This document shows positions 1 through 10,951 of a stretch of DNA of 64,000 nt, piece after piece (within the stretch, counting starts at the first letter, position 1; each line of letters begins with the position of its first letter). The position numbers and the translations under genes were made by a program. The DNA is from Octopus bimaculoides (Eukaryota). The stretch lies in assembly GCF_001194135.2 (NCBI RefSeq), contig NC_068982.1:83998240-84062239 (forward strand), given 5' to 3'. The notes below the pieces were generated by a model. That model was not told where the DNA came from. It saw only the letters and a list, made by a program, of their open reading frames with translations, and did no database searches.

Positions 1-110
1 ACTTCTCGAAATCGGGGAATCAACAGAACACAAAATGGTATGTGCTGGTACCATGAAACCTTCTCACACAAGGCGCAAAGATGTATTCAGCCTTGTTCTT
101 TTAAACAATC

Positions 111-117
111 GGGAAAC
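111..117 (+). promoter_or_regulatory. Putative -1 ribosomal frameshift heptamer G GGA AAC at the gag/pol junction
   Basis: X XXY YYZ in the gag reading phase, one codon before the gag stop (121-123). The -1 frame is open straight into the protease ORF at 132. Confidence 0.75.
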
Positions 118-3100
118 GCGTAAAGGGGAAAATGAGCATGTCACTTTCCTCCACTCAACCAACTTTCAATCGTGCAATATTCATTCAGGACCAGATGTCG
201 GAGGAATTCTTCATGGTTGACACAGGTTCCTGTTGTAGCATTTGGCCACTTCGTCTTACTGTAGACAAACCTCGCCGCTCGGCGATTGTTTTGCACGCCG
301 TTGACTCGTCCCCGATTCCCACCTTTGGTCAGCTTTCTCTACGCTTAGACATCGGTCTTTGTAGAGACTTTCAATGGGTTTTTGTCATAGCTGACATTCC
401 GCATCCTGTTTTGGGTGCGGATTTCTTAAATCACTTCCAGTTGCTGGTAGATGTCCAACGTCGGAGGCTTGTCGACGATTCGACATCCCTTTCCACGCTG
501 GCAAGGAGCTCTACTAACTCCCCTCTTAGCCCAGCGTTTTTTATTGCCACTACTGGGGACGCTTTTCATTCTCTCTTAGCATCTTTTCTGGAGCTGGTGG
601 ACATCACTTTCAACCCGGCGAAGCCCGCGCATTCCACCCTCCATTACATCAAGATGACTGGACCACCCGTTTTTTCGCGCCCACGTCGTCTAACGCCTGA
701 CCGTCTTAAGACAGTCAAGGCCGAGTTTGAACACATGTTTCAACTCGGCCTCATTCACCCCTCCACCAGCCCATGGGCATCTCCTCTTCATTTGGCCCGT
801 AAAGGGGACACGGATTTTCGCCCAGTGGGGGACTATCGGTGACTTAATGCCGTGACGATAGCAGATCGCTATCCAATTAGGAACCTACAGGATTTCTTGG
901 CAAACCTGCATGGGTGCACCATTTTCTCTAAGATTGATCAGATACCAGTCAATCCGGAGGACGTTCCTAAGACAGCCATCACCACTCCCTTCGGCTGTTT
1001 TGAATTCCTGTTCATGAGTTTCGGTCTGCGTAATGCTACCAGCACCTTTCAANNNNNNNNNNNNNNNNNNNNNNNNNNNNNNNNNNNNNNNNNNNNNNNN
1101 NNNNNNNNNNNNNNNNNNNNNNNNNNNNNNNNNNNNNNNNNNNNNNNNNNNNNNNNNNNNNNNNNNNNNNNNNNNNNNNNNNNNNNNNNNNNNNNNNNNN
1201 NNNNNNNNNNNNNNNNNNNNNNNNNNNNNNNNNNNNNNNNNNNNNNNNNNNNNNNNNNNNNNNNNNNNNNNNNNNNNNNNNNNNNNNNNNNNNNNNNNNN
1301 NNNNNNNNNNNNNNNNNNNNNNNNNNNNNNNNNNNNNNNNNNNNNNNNNNNNNNNNNNNNNNNNNNNNNNNNNNNNNNNNNNNNNNNNNNNNNNNNNNNN
1401 NNNNNNNNNNNNNNNNNNNNNNNNNNNNNNNNNNNNNNNNNNNNNNNNNNNNNNNNNNNNNNNNNNNNNNNNNNNNNNNNNNNNNNNNNNNNNNNNNNNN
1501 NNNNNNNNNNNNNNNNNNNNNNNNNNNNNNNNNNNNNNNNNNNNNNNNNNNNNNNNNNNNNNNNNNNNNNNNNNNNNNNNNNNNNNNNNNNNNNNNNNNN
1601 NNNNNNNNNNNNNNNNNNNNNNNNNNNNNNNNNNNNNNNNNNNNNNNCATTCAACGCATCGCACCTCCAACTTCTTTAAAACAGTTGCGCCACTTCGTGG
1701 GATTGTCAATTTTTACAGAAGATTTATAAAGCGATGTGCTGATAAGCTTCTTCCATTAACTAGGCTACTGCAAGGCCATACTAAGAAGGATGCTCGACTC
1801 ACTCTTTCTGGTGAGGCGTTGTCAGCTTTTGAGTCCGTCAAACGGGAATTATCCTCCGTTCCTGTCCTTGCACATCCGGCCCCTGATGCCCCCCTTTCAT
1901 TATCTGTGGACGCATCAGATTCTGCGGTTGGTGCTGCCTTACACCACACCGTAGATAAAAACATACAACCTTTGGCTTTCTTTTCTTGCCAACTACAGCC
2001 TGCCGAGCACAGATATAGCACTTTTGATCATGAGCTATTAGCGATCTATCTGTCAGTTCGGCATTTCCAACATCAGCTCAAGGGACAGGAGTTTGTGATT
2101 TATACTGATCACAAGCCCCTCACTTTTGCTCTGTCCTCTAAAACAGACAAACTCTCTCCTCGTGCTTTTTGTCACCTGGATTTTGTTTCACAGTCTACAG
2201 GTGACATTCGTCATGTGCCAGGGAAAGAGAACATCCCAGCTGATGCTCTTTCATGACTCCCTGTGCATTCTATTTCCACTCCGGCGGTAATTGATTTGCT
2301 AGCAATTTCGCAGGAGCAAACTCCTTTGTCGAGTTTAGACTTAACTTCACCAAAATACCATACTTGTAAGTTTGCCTATCTTCCGCTCCCTTCCTCTGGT
2401 TCTCCCAGGCCCTTAGTGCCTGAGAACCATCAACGTTCTGTTTTTGATGCCCTTCATTCCTTGTCACACCCGGGCATCTCTGCGACAGTCAAACTTATTA
2501 CAGCTCGGTTTTTTTGGCCCAACATGCGGCAGTCAATTACCACTTGGGCATGCTCTTGCTTGAAGTGCCAGAGTGCAAAAGTCCACCGGCACATTCGTGC
2601 CCCACTTGGACAATTTCCATCTACTGAGGCCCGTTTTCGTCACGTCCACCTTGATTTGGTTGGACCATGGCCAGTGAGTCGCGAGTTCTCATATCTGTTA
2701 ACATGTGTCGATCGTTTCTCCCGCTAGCCAGAAGCCATTCCTATAGCTGATATTACTTCTGAGACTGTTGCTCAAGCCTTCGTGTCTGGCTGGATTTCTC
2801 GGTACGGTGTACCGTCCAGCCTGACCACAGATCGTGGCCGGCAATTTGAGGCCGCGCTCTTTTGTGACCTATCACGAATCTTGGGGGTGCATCGTATACA
2901 CACCACCAGCTACCATCCCGCTTCTAATGGGATGGTTGAGCGATTTCATAGGCAACTTAAGGCTGCCTTATGCGCCTGGCTCAACCCGCAGTCTTGGGTT
3001 GAATTTCTTCCGGTCGTCCTCCCTGGATGCCGGACGGCAGTCAAAGCTGACCTGGGTTTCTCCTTGGCAAAGCTTCTTTACAGTACCACACTGGCATTGC

Positions 3101-3453
3101 TTGGTACGATGGTGGTACCAGACTCGTCACAACCACCACATCCAGAGTCCTATGTTACTCAGTTACGGGAGTATTTCTCAAATCTTCCAGCTATGGGTCC
3201 CAGACAACAGTCACCTCCCTCTCAAGTGCCAGCAGACATTGAGTCTTGGTCTCATGTGTTTATTAGGGATGATTCTGTCAAAAGACCCCTTTTTTCTCCC
3301 TATAAAGGACCCTTTCGTGTGCTTTCTCGCACTCCAAAGTTCTTCAAGGTCGACGCTAATGGTCGTACAGAGATTGTGTCTGTCGACTGTCTGAAAAAGG
3401 CGTACGTTGACAAACCCTCAACTTCCGTGGACAACGTGCCCGCTTTTCAAACA

Positions 3454-3560
3454 CTGCACACACCACTGTCAACATCATTACCACCACACACACCACTGTC
3501 AACATCTTTACCACTGCATACACCAACATCAACACCATCACAAACACACACACCAGAAAC
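3454..3560 (+). repeat. ~30-bp degenerate tandem repeat encoding a Thr/Pro-rich integrase tail
   Basis: cacacaccactgtcaacatc(a/t)ttaccac occurs 2-3 times; peptide HTPLSTSLP repeats. Confidence 0.75.
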
Positions 3561-3665
3561 CACTCCACCTTCGTCGTGCGACAAAACTCAAGTGACCCTT
3601 ATGTCACTAGGTCTGGCCGGACAGTGCATTGGCCAAAGAAACTTTCCAAAACAATATACATTTGA

Positions 3666-4650
3666 CATGCTCTTTCCCTGTCTTCATGTCCTTAATTGCT
3701 TTGTCTACCAGAATACTGTCAATTCGGGTAGCTGGTCCCTCAGTTGGATCAGCCTTTGGCAGACTCTCCTCTTCCCATTCATTCTCTGCATTCAGCAATC
3801 TTTCATAATGGTATATCCAAGCCTCTTTCTTTGCTCTAATATTGTTCCACCATCATATTACTCTAGGTCTGGAAAGGACTTTGCACCAGCCACAGATTTG
3901 GTCTGTGGCACTCAGCAAGCTGTCTCTCAGGAATTCCCAGTTGCCCTCTATGTCAGAAGTCTGTAGCTCCTCCTCCCCATCATCAAATTTTTCAATGACA
4001 ATGTCCCTAAATCTCTGACCATATGAAGGGTTCATAAGCTTCCAAATCCTTTTTTTCCAGATTGGTCTGCTTCTTGGCAACCTAAAGTCACTAATACTAG
4101 TCTCTGCTGGTGGGTACATTTTTCAGCAGGGAGGGTCTTTGTGTTTAAGAGCAACCATGCATCCTGCTGTCTGGTGAGGATGAAATCAATCTAGCGAGCA
4201 GAGTCACCTGATTGATAGGTTATCAGATGGTTGGCTGGCTTTCTGAAGTTGGTGTTGCAGATCAATAAGTTATTTGCATCACAGAACTCCAGTAACCTAG
4301 TTCCCTCTTCATTTCTGGAACCGATTCCATGGCATCTATGTACACCATGGAAGATATCAGGTTGCCATCTGACATGCCTATTAAAATCTCCAGCTACAAA
4401 GATGAGATCATTGTCACTTGTTTTTGAGGTAGCCTGCAAAAGAATATTATAGAAGTGGTCCTTCTGTTCATTTGGTAGGCGAGTTTAAGCACTCTATCAC
4501 ACACCCTGACTACCTTTATGACTTTATCCACCCATTTCTTCGTAAGAAGTATGCCCACACCCCCTATTCCATCACTATTACCTTCCCAGAAGAGTTTATA
4601 CCTATGTGCCTTGCCTGTGAGGAACCTGGTTGAAGCTCCTCTTCACTTGA
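3666..4650 (-). mobile_element. RTE-clade LINE fragment (APE endonuclease plus linker), decayed
   Basis: FVAGDFNRHV...GSRNEEGTRLLEFCDANNLLICNTNFRKP and [25 protein letters not shown]; homologous to the copies at 24.7 kb and 37.2 kb. Confidence 0.9.
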
Positions 4651-4715
4651 CATTACAATGGAAAAAGATTAAAATGTGTTGCAGATGTTAAACATACAAT
4701 TATAAGAAAAATATT

Positions 4716-6060
4716 TCACTCTTCAAATCCTGAAAACTGACTGCAGTCATCATAGCCCCATAACCAGAAAAATCATCAGGGTCGCCAATACTGTCTAAAG
4801 TGTCACTATCTTCAAACAGAATGTCATTTTCTGTGCTATCAAATGCATTATTGATGCCACATTTTTTAAAAGATTTTACTGCTACTTCAATTTTCAGTGT
4901 TCCATGATTTCAGGACCCACTCATACACCTGAGCAATTGTTGGCCTTTTCAAACAACCTGTTGGTGTTAGGTCATGGTCCTTGGCTCTCATCTACTGATT
5001 CCACTCTTCTTTCATAAATGCCTTAAAAGGATTGTTGATTGATACGTCCAGTGGTTATATTTGGCTTGTTAAACCACCAGGGATCACTGCAATTTTTGTT
5101 TTCAATTTCTGCACCCTCTCTTTAACAGCCTTTGTTTTGTGGGCATGAAACTGGTCCCACACAAGAAGGGATGTTTTTTTTTGAGGAGGCCACGGGAATA
5201 CCTTGACCAGACCTTATCTAGTCATAACTTCACTCCCTCTTCATCTATCCACCCCTTTGGATGGACATGAACAAAAATTCCACATAGAATTTTGTCTCTT
5301 GGTAAAATTTTCCTCTTGAAAATAAGTAGCAGTGGCAGTTTTGTTCCATCAGCACAACACAATAGTACCATTGGGTTTTCTCATGTCTAGATGTCTTTAC
5401 ACTTATGGTTTTGGACCCTTTAACATCCACTGTTCTATTTGATACCATATCAAACGTTAGTGACACCTCATCCATGTTTCTGCTCTGACCCAATTTGTTG
5501 ACAGCCTCTTTTCTTGCACTGATTATGAACCTGTAAAATTCAATCATTTTGTTATTATAATCTTCAGGCATTTTTTGTGCTATTCTTGCTTTCATTCTCA
5601 TTGCCAGTCTGTGCTGCTTCATAAATCTGTAACAAAGCTTAATGTACCATGGAAATCATCCAGACCTCATGCTGCTATCCTCACTTTTAATTCATTAATA
5701 ATCATTTTTACTGATACTGCAAGACTTGAATTTCTCTCTGCAACTATCCACTCCTTCATCTCTTACTCTAGATCTGGCCACTTAGCTGCAGTCTGATGCA
5801 GGCTTCATTTAAGTCTTGATGCAAGCTTCAACAGGTCCTCTTGTTTCTTCCAGTAGTGGACCATTTTCTCAGTTGGCAGTGCTCCAAATGCTTCTCTACA
5901 GCCCTGTTGCCATGCTGTTTAGCATACTCAATCACTTGTAGCTTGTAACCGATTGTGTAAGAGTGTCTTCTGCTTGAGGCTGTTATAGTAATGGTTTTGC
6001 TAAAAGTTTTAAGTAAAATCTTATGTAGTTGTGGATGACTCTTAATGTCAGCAGGTCCAG
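4716..6060 (-). mobile_element. pogo-superfamily DNA transposase pseudogene (Brinker-like DBD, CENP-B HTH, DDE_1)
   Basis: RRHSYTIGYKLQVIEYAKQHGNRAV; NMDEVSLTFDM..NRTV..KG.KTISVKT..HEK; downstream WDQFHAH and IPGGLTSQI-PLDVSINNPFK; ends SGFEE*. Frameshifted; termini not found. Confidence 0.85.
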
Positions 6061-6689
6061 GCTTACAGAGATCAAGGAGGAAGCCTATGTTGCTGTCTGA
6101 ACAAAACACATTTCAATAAAGAGAATGAGTAAGTGATGACTGAACACAACACATTTCATCACAGAAAGTGAGTAAGTGATTACAATAGTATTGTTATTAA
6201 TATTTGCTTGTAAACCCTTTTAACATACTGCAGTTTTATTTCTTTCATCACTTAATAATGTTCCCTTAAAGTCAGGTTATTTGAAGAGAGTGACAATACC
6301 GGTAATATAGATACACATGTAAAATATCACTCATCAGTTGCCTCATCTAACGGGAATGAATTTTTGTGATTGCATATATTTTAAAAAATTTTTGATACAT
6401 TTGTTTGTTTACTACTTTAACAAAGTATAATTTATACACTTCACTGAGCAGTCATATGCAGGAGTTCAGATTACTATCTAGCATCGATAATTTTCTTTTG
6501 GGGTTAGGATATACCTATGAAAAATGCAACCTTCGACCTCCAGGATGCATGGTAGATTTTCAAAACTTGTTTTAGGAAAAAAGTAACATCTTCAATGCCG
6601 AGAAATACTATATATATATGTTTATACACACACACACATATATAAATAGATATATATGTATATATATATATATATATATATACATATAT

Positions 6690-7306
6690 AAAGAAAACAG
6701 AAAATGGAGAAGTTCTGATGAACAACAATTGACTTACATCAATTATTATTTATTAATTCAATGCAAATAGACTGCATCTCATCTAACAGCTGTTTCTGCT
6801 TCCAATGTATTGCCATTGATATGCAAAAATATTGATCATATTTGGTAATAAAACTGATCTGAAACAAGGAGCTTGATCAGAGTGAAGAATAAATAAAGAA
6901 GAGCATAGAGAAGAAAAAGGGGAAAATTGAATATAGTTGTAATCATACCATTTTGCTTGTGTGTCTCTTTGGGCCATTAAGTAAAAGACTTTTACTTAAT
7001 GGCCCAAGGAGACTCACAAGCAGAATGGTATGATTACAACCATATTCAGCTTTTTCCTTTTTTTTCTCTATGCTCTTCTTCTTTATTTATTCTTCACTTC
7101 AATGAAGCTCCTTGTGTCAGATTGGTTTTATTACCAAACATGATTAATAGTTTAAATATTTTTGCATATCAGTGGCAAAACCATACAACATTGGAAGCAG
7201 AAACAGCTGTTAGATGGGATGCAGTTTATTTGCATTGAATTAATAAATAATAATTGATATAAGTCAACTGTTGTTCATCAGTACTTTTCCATTTTCTGTT
7301 TTCTTT
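6690..7306. repeat. ~617-bp imperfect palindrome (foldback) centred on 6988
   Basis: Centre gtaaaag-a-cttttac. The arms stay alignable out to aagaaaacagaaaatgg / ccattttctgttttctt with scattered substitutions and small indels. Confidence 0.95.
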
Positions 7307-7580
7307 AAATTTTGATTCTTGATAAGCCCATGTTAACATTATGAACATAATATTTTGCATATGTATGCCCATGGTTAAATATAGGTAATATACTAGTAGC
7401 GTAATGGATACTTCTATCCCTTAGACAGTTATTTTAACCTCTAACTCACCTAACCTATATATATTTATATATACATGTTAAAGGAAAGGGAAAACAAAAT
7501 CAAGGCAGGATGAGCATCTCAGGTCATTTAGAATATTTAATTAGAGTAAGGTGGATCAAAAAAGAAGTGTAAGTAATTAA

Positions 7581-7658
7581 TGTCTTACAGCTGTTTGGGG
7601 GATATCCCAAGTAATGGGTCAACATCCTCATACACTAGGTATACCATCATCAGAGACA
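7581..7658 (-). ncRNA. Degenerate type I hammerhead ribozyme motif in a Penelope-like terminal remnant
   Basis: Minus strand reads TGTCT-CTGATGA-...-CAAA-CAGCT-GTA-AGACA: 5-bp stem I and palindromic ACAGCTGT stem III, but the core GAAA is changed to CAAA. Confidence 0.6.
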
Positions 7659-8077
7659 GGGTGTGTATGCAGGAATGTTCCAGACAGAAAATTCACAGTA
7701 TATAAAAGAATAAAACAGTAGATAGAAGGATAAAGATAGAAGAATAAAGTTCACAGTTCATCTTGTTCCAGACAGTATAGCTCCTTAAGTATAATCCCAG
7801 TATAGTTCCTTAAGTATAGACCAAGGCATCATGATAGTCAGATAGATCAGAGAGAATGTGGGGTTGTGAGTGAGTGAAGAGAAGAGATAAACAAAAGAGA
7901 GAATAGTGAAAATGAGCATAAATATAAAAAGGATAAATAATGGAAATAAAAAGAATGAGAATGAAAGTAAAATAAAATAAAAGGTAAAAGGCCAATATTA
8001 TTCTTCATCAGGGTAGGTGAGTATATACTAGCCTTTTATTATTCTTTGTCAGGGTAGGTATGGTATATACCAACCTT

Positions 8078-8452
8078 TTACCTTGCTTACCAACCACATG
8101 GTTCCAGGTTCAGTCCCAGTGCATGGGATCTTCAGCAAGTGTCTTTTACTATAACCTTGGGCTGATCAAAGCCTTGTGAGTGGATTTCAAAGACAGAAAC
8201 TGAGAGAAGCCCATTGTATATATGTGTGCGTGTGTCTGTCTGCCTGTCTTTGCATTTATGTTTGTCCCCTATCACGGCTTGACAACCGGCATTGATGTGT
8301 TTACATCCCCATGACTTACTGGTTTGGTGAAAGAGACTGATAGAATAAGTACTAGGCTTAAGAAATGTTCTGGGGTTGATTTGTTCAACTAAAACCCTTC
8401 AAGGCAGTGCTCCAGCATGGCCACAGTCAAATGACTGAAACAAGTAAAAGAA
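8078..8452 (+). mobile_element. tRNA-derived SINE, family A
   Basis: ccaaccacatggttccaggttcagtccc head, aagccttgtgagtggattt...gaaactga core, gtgctccagcatggccacagtcaaatgactgaaacaagtaaaag tail, all shared with other copies in the window. Confidence 0.9.
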
Positions 8453-8504
8453 TATATATATATATATTCATAGACATCTCTCTCTCTATGTGGATATATA
8501 TATA

Positions 8505-8871
8505 CAGGGGTTGGACAAAATAATGGAAACACCTAGCATCATACCATCATAATTTTGAAATATCTATAAAACCGTCAAAAGCTTGTTTATTCTTATGTTT
8601 TTTGATTTATTATTAGTGTTACTTAATATGTTTTGCTAAAATTGCTGGGGTTTTGGTTTTTTTTCGGATATCATCAGAAAAAGGTAATTAAAATTCATTA
8701 AAATGACAGATCTATTGGACTTTCAAAGAGGTGAAATTGTTGGTGCATGTATAGCAGGCACTAGCATAATGAAAAAAGCCGAAATGGTGTATCAAGAAGT
8801 ACTGTCTTGAAAGTAATGACAGCCTTTGAGAAAGAGGGAAAAACCTCCTCGCTGGAGGAAAACTCTGGAAG
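8505..8871 (+). mobile_element. Tc1-like DNA transposon 5' end (truncated by gap)
   Basis: TA|CAGGGGTTGGACAAAATAATGGAAACACC terminal repeat, then MTDLLDFQRGEIVGA...VMTAFEKEGKTSS (Tc1 N-terminal HTH-like). Confidence 0.85.
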
Positions 8872-9376
8872 NNNNNNNNNNNNNNNNNNNNNNNNNNNNN
8901 NNNNNNNNNNNNNNNNNNNNNNNNNNNNNNNNNNNNNNNNNNNNNNNNNNNNNNNNNNNNNNNNNNNNNNNNNNNNNNNNNNNNNNNNNNNNNNNNNNNN
9001 NNNNNNNNNNNNNNNNNNNNNNNNNNNNNNNNNNNNNNNNNNNNNNNNNNNNNNNNNNNNNNNNNNNNNNNNNNNNNNNNNNNNNNNNNNNNNNNNNNNN
9101 NNNNNNNNNNNNNNNNNNNNNNNNNNNNNNNNNNNNNNNNNNNNNNNNNNNNNNNNNNNNNNNNNNNNNNNNNNNNNNNNNNNNNNNNNNNNNNNNNNNN
9201 NNNNNNNNNNNNNNNNNNNNNNNNNNNNNNNNNNNNNNNNNNNNNNNNNNNNNNNNNNNNNNNNNNNNNNNNNNNNNNNNNNNNNNNNNNNNNNNNNNNN
9301 NNNNNNNNNNNNNNNNNNNNNNNNNNNNNNNNNNNNNNNNNNNNNNNNNNNNNNNNNNNNNNNNNNNNNNNNNNAC

Positions 9377-9459
9377 ATACATACAAAGGTCTTCTTTCAG
9401 TTTCCATTGACCAAATTTACTCACAAGGCTTTAGTCAGCCTTACAATATGGTAGAAGAT
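9377..9459 (-). mobile_element. SINE family A fragment
   Basis: Reverse complement of the ctttcagtttcc...tcacaaggctt core next to a gap. Confidence 0.7.
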
Positions 9460-10296
9460 CAAGATGGGAAGGATGACTTCCCTTTGCAAATACAGACAGG
9501 ACACATATGTGTCAATAGCCAGCTGGAGGAGATATTCTCTTGGGGTTAAAAGCAACAGTAACATCTTCCCTTAGGGGTCAGCCACATTTAAGTGGCAAAT
9601 ATACTTCACCTTGTCATGCAGTTACTGTTAATACCTCGTTCAGAGAGTTAACATTGCTTGTTTTCACTTTTTTATAGAGTTAATGTTTTGTATTTTACCC
9701 ACACATATTTTTTCTTGTTTTCTCCGCCCCCTCCCCTACTAGTTTTACTGTGCATCTATAGACATGTACATGGAACCTTATGTGTGCGCTTGTGAATGTG
9801 TGCGGGTATGTGCATATATAGATGTATGTACGTGCGTATATAGATATATGTGCGTGCATGTAAAAATATGCACATATAGACACGTTTTAACCATATAGCA
9901 TTTTCACACTTTCTTCTGTATTTTGCTTTTAGCCCTATGATTTTTTTTTGCATGCATGTGTATGAGTGTGAGATTGTTGAGTGCCTGTGCGTGTGGGTGT
10001 GTATGCGGGATACCCGTGTATGTGGGTATATATATGGATATGTACATATATGTATAGTTTTTGGCGAGTATGTGGGTGAGCATGTGTGCGTTTCAAGCAA
10101 GGGTGGTTTAGTATATACACATAGGCGAATGTACGGATTGGTGCGCTTACACAAACACTATAGACTTTTCTACTCCCTTACCTTTACTCCCTCCCCTTAC
10201 TTAACGGTCTATAGCTCTTTTGTCTTAATAACGGTCAACCACACAGTAATATCCCTTTGTTTAACGGTCATTTTTCACAGGAATTTTCAATGGCTA

Positions 10297-10358
10297 GATA
10301 ACTGAAGAGATGCTGGCCGTGGGTTCCCACCCCGGCATCCGAAACTTAGAGTTTTATC
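10297..10358 (+). ncRNA. Type I hammerhead ribozyme (near-canonical)
   Basis: GATAA-CTGAAGA-GATGCTGG[loop]CCGGCATC-C-GAAA-CT[TAG]AG-TT-TTATC. Stem I 5 bp, stem II 8 bp with one extra C, stem III 3 bp, GUU cleavage triplet (cut predicted after 10353). Confidence 0.75.
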
Positions 10359-10544
10359 ATGGCTACCGGATAAGTGTTACATATTTTTACAGATGTATAT
10401 AATATATATGTTATATNNNNNNNNNNNNNNNNNNNNNNNNNNNNNNNNNNNNNNNNNNNNNNNNNNNNNNNNNNNNNNNNNNNNNNNNNNNNNNNNNNNN
10501 NNNNNNNNNNNNNNNNCTGTCATATATATATGTATATGTATATA

Positions 10545-10756
10545 TATGTGTATGTGTTTGTTCCCTTAGCATTGCTTGACAACCGATGCTGGCGTGCTTA
10601 TGTCCCCATCACTTAGCGGTTCGGCAAAAGAGACTGATAGAATAAGTACTAGGCTTACAAAAAATAAGTCCTGGGGTTGATTAGCTCTACTAAAAAGGCG
10701 GTGCTCCAGCATGGCCACAGTCAAATGACTGAAACAAGTAAAAGAGTAAAAGAGTA
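10545..10756 (+). mobile_element. SINE family A, 3' half
   Basis: cttgacaaccgatgctgg...ggcggtgctccagcatggcc...taaaagagtaaaagag. Confidence 0.9.
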
Positions 10757-10760
10757 TATA

Positions 10761-10951
10761 TAATTCAATTTGGGGGGATTAATTGATATGCGGGTATTCT
10801 ATTTGAGTTTATACAAAAAATAACCTAATGAGTATATCTGAAAGTAAACCCATGGTATCAGTTTGCATATCACGAAGTAATACTTAAAAGATGTAACCAA
10901 AATTACCAGCAAAGTATATATTATACTTCATTAATTATCTCCTACTTTAGT
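10761..10951 (+). repeat. Left arm of an inverted repeat pair (partner 12603-12793)
   Basis: taattcaatttggggg...gagtatatctgaaagtaaac...ctactttag matches the reverse complement of 12603-12793. Confidence 0.9.

Larger units (their letters stand above)
1..3665 (+). mobile_element. Decayed Ty3/Gypsy LTR retrotransposon internal region (gag end, protease, RT, RNase H, integrase), CsRn1/Kabuki/Boudicca-like CHCC gag; no LTR seen
   Basis: Frame +1 at 1-123 ends CWYHETFSHKAQRCIQPC (CX2HX9CX3C). Protease VDTGS; RT WASPLH...DYR and [13 protein letters not shown]...FGLRNA; RNase H VDASDSAVGA, ELLAI, TDHKPL; integrase [34 protein letters not shown]; terminal [10 protein letters not shown]...stop at 3663-3665. 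Premature stops at 840, 2254 and 2725; SKID|QIPV lacks the usual ~6 residues; N gap at 1053-1648. Confidence 0.95.

Noticed and set aside
2782-3966. 394-aa ORF as a single protein with a hydrophobic C-terminus
   Set aside because: After a frameshift near 3590 it reads through into antisense RTE sequence; the true Gypsy tail ends at 3665 in another frame.
6286-6551. Possible upstream micro-exons of the SH2 gene (about 6286-6311 and 6506-6551)
   Set aside because: AG/GT pairs and open frames exist, but the splice signals are weak and the peptides have no recognisable motif; RNA-seq is needed.
9695-10154. His/Thr/Tyr- or Cys/Val-rich ORFs
   Set aside because: Translation of a degenerate (CA/TA)n microsatellite field.
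10820-10885. Hammerhead-like CTAATGAG...GAA(G/A)TAAT in the inverted arms
   Set aside because: Both arms have CTAATGA rather than CTGATGA, and stem I cannot be formed.
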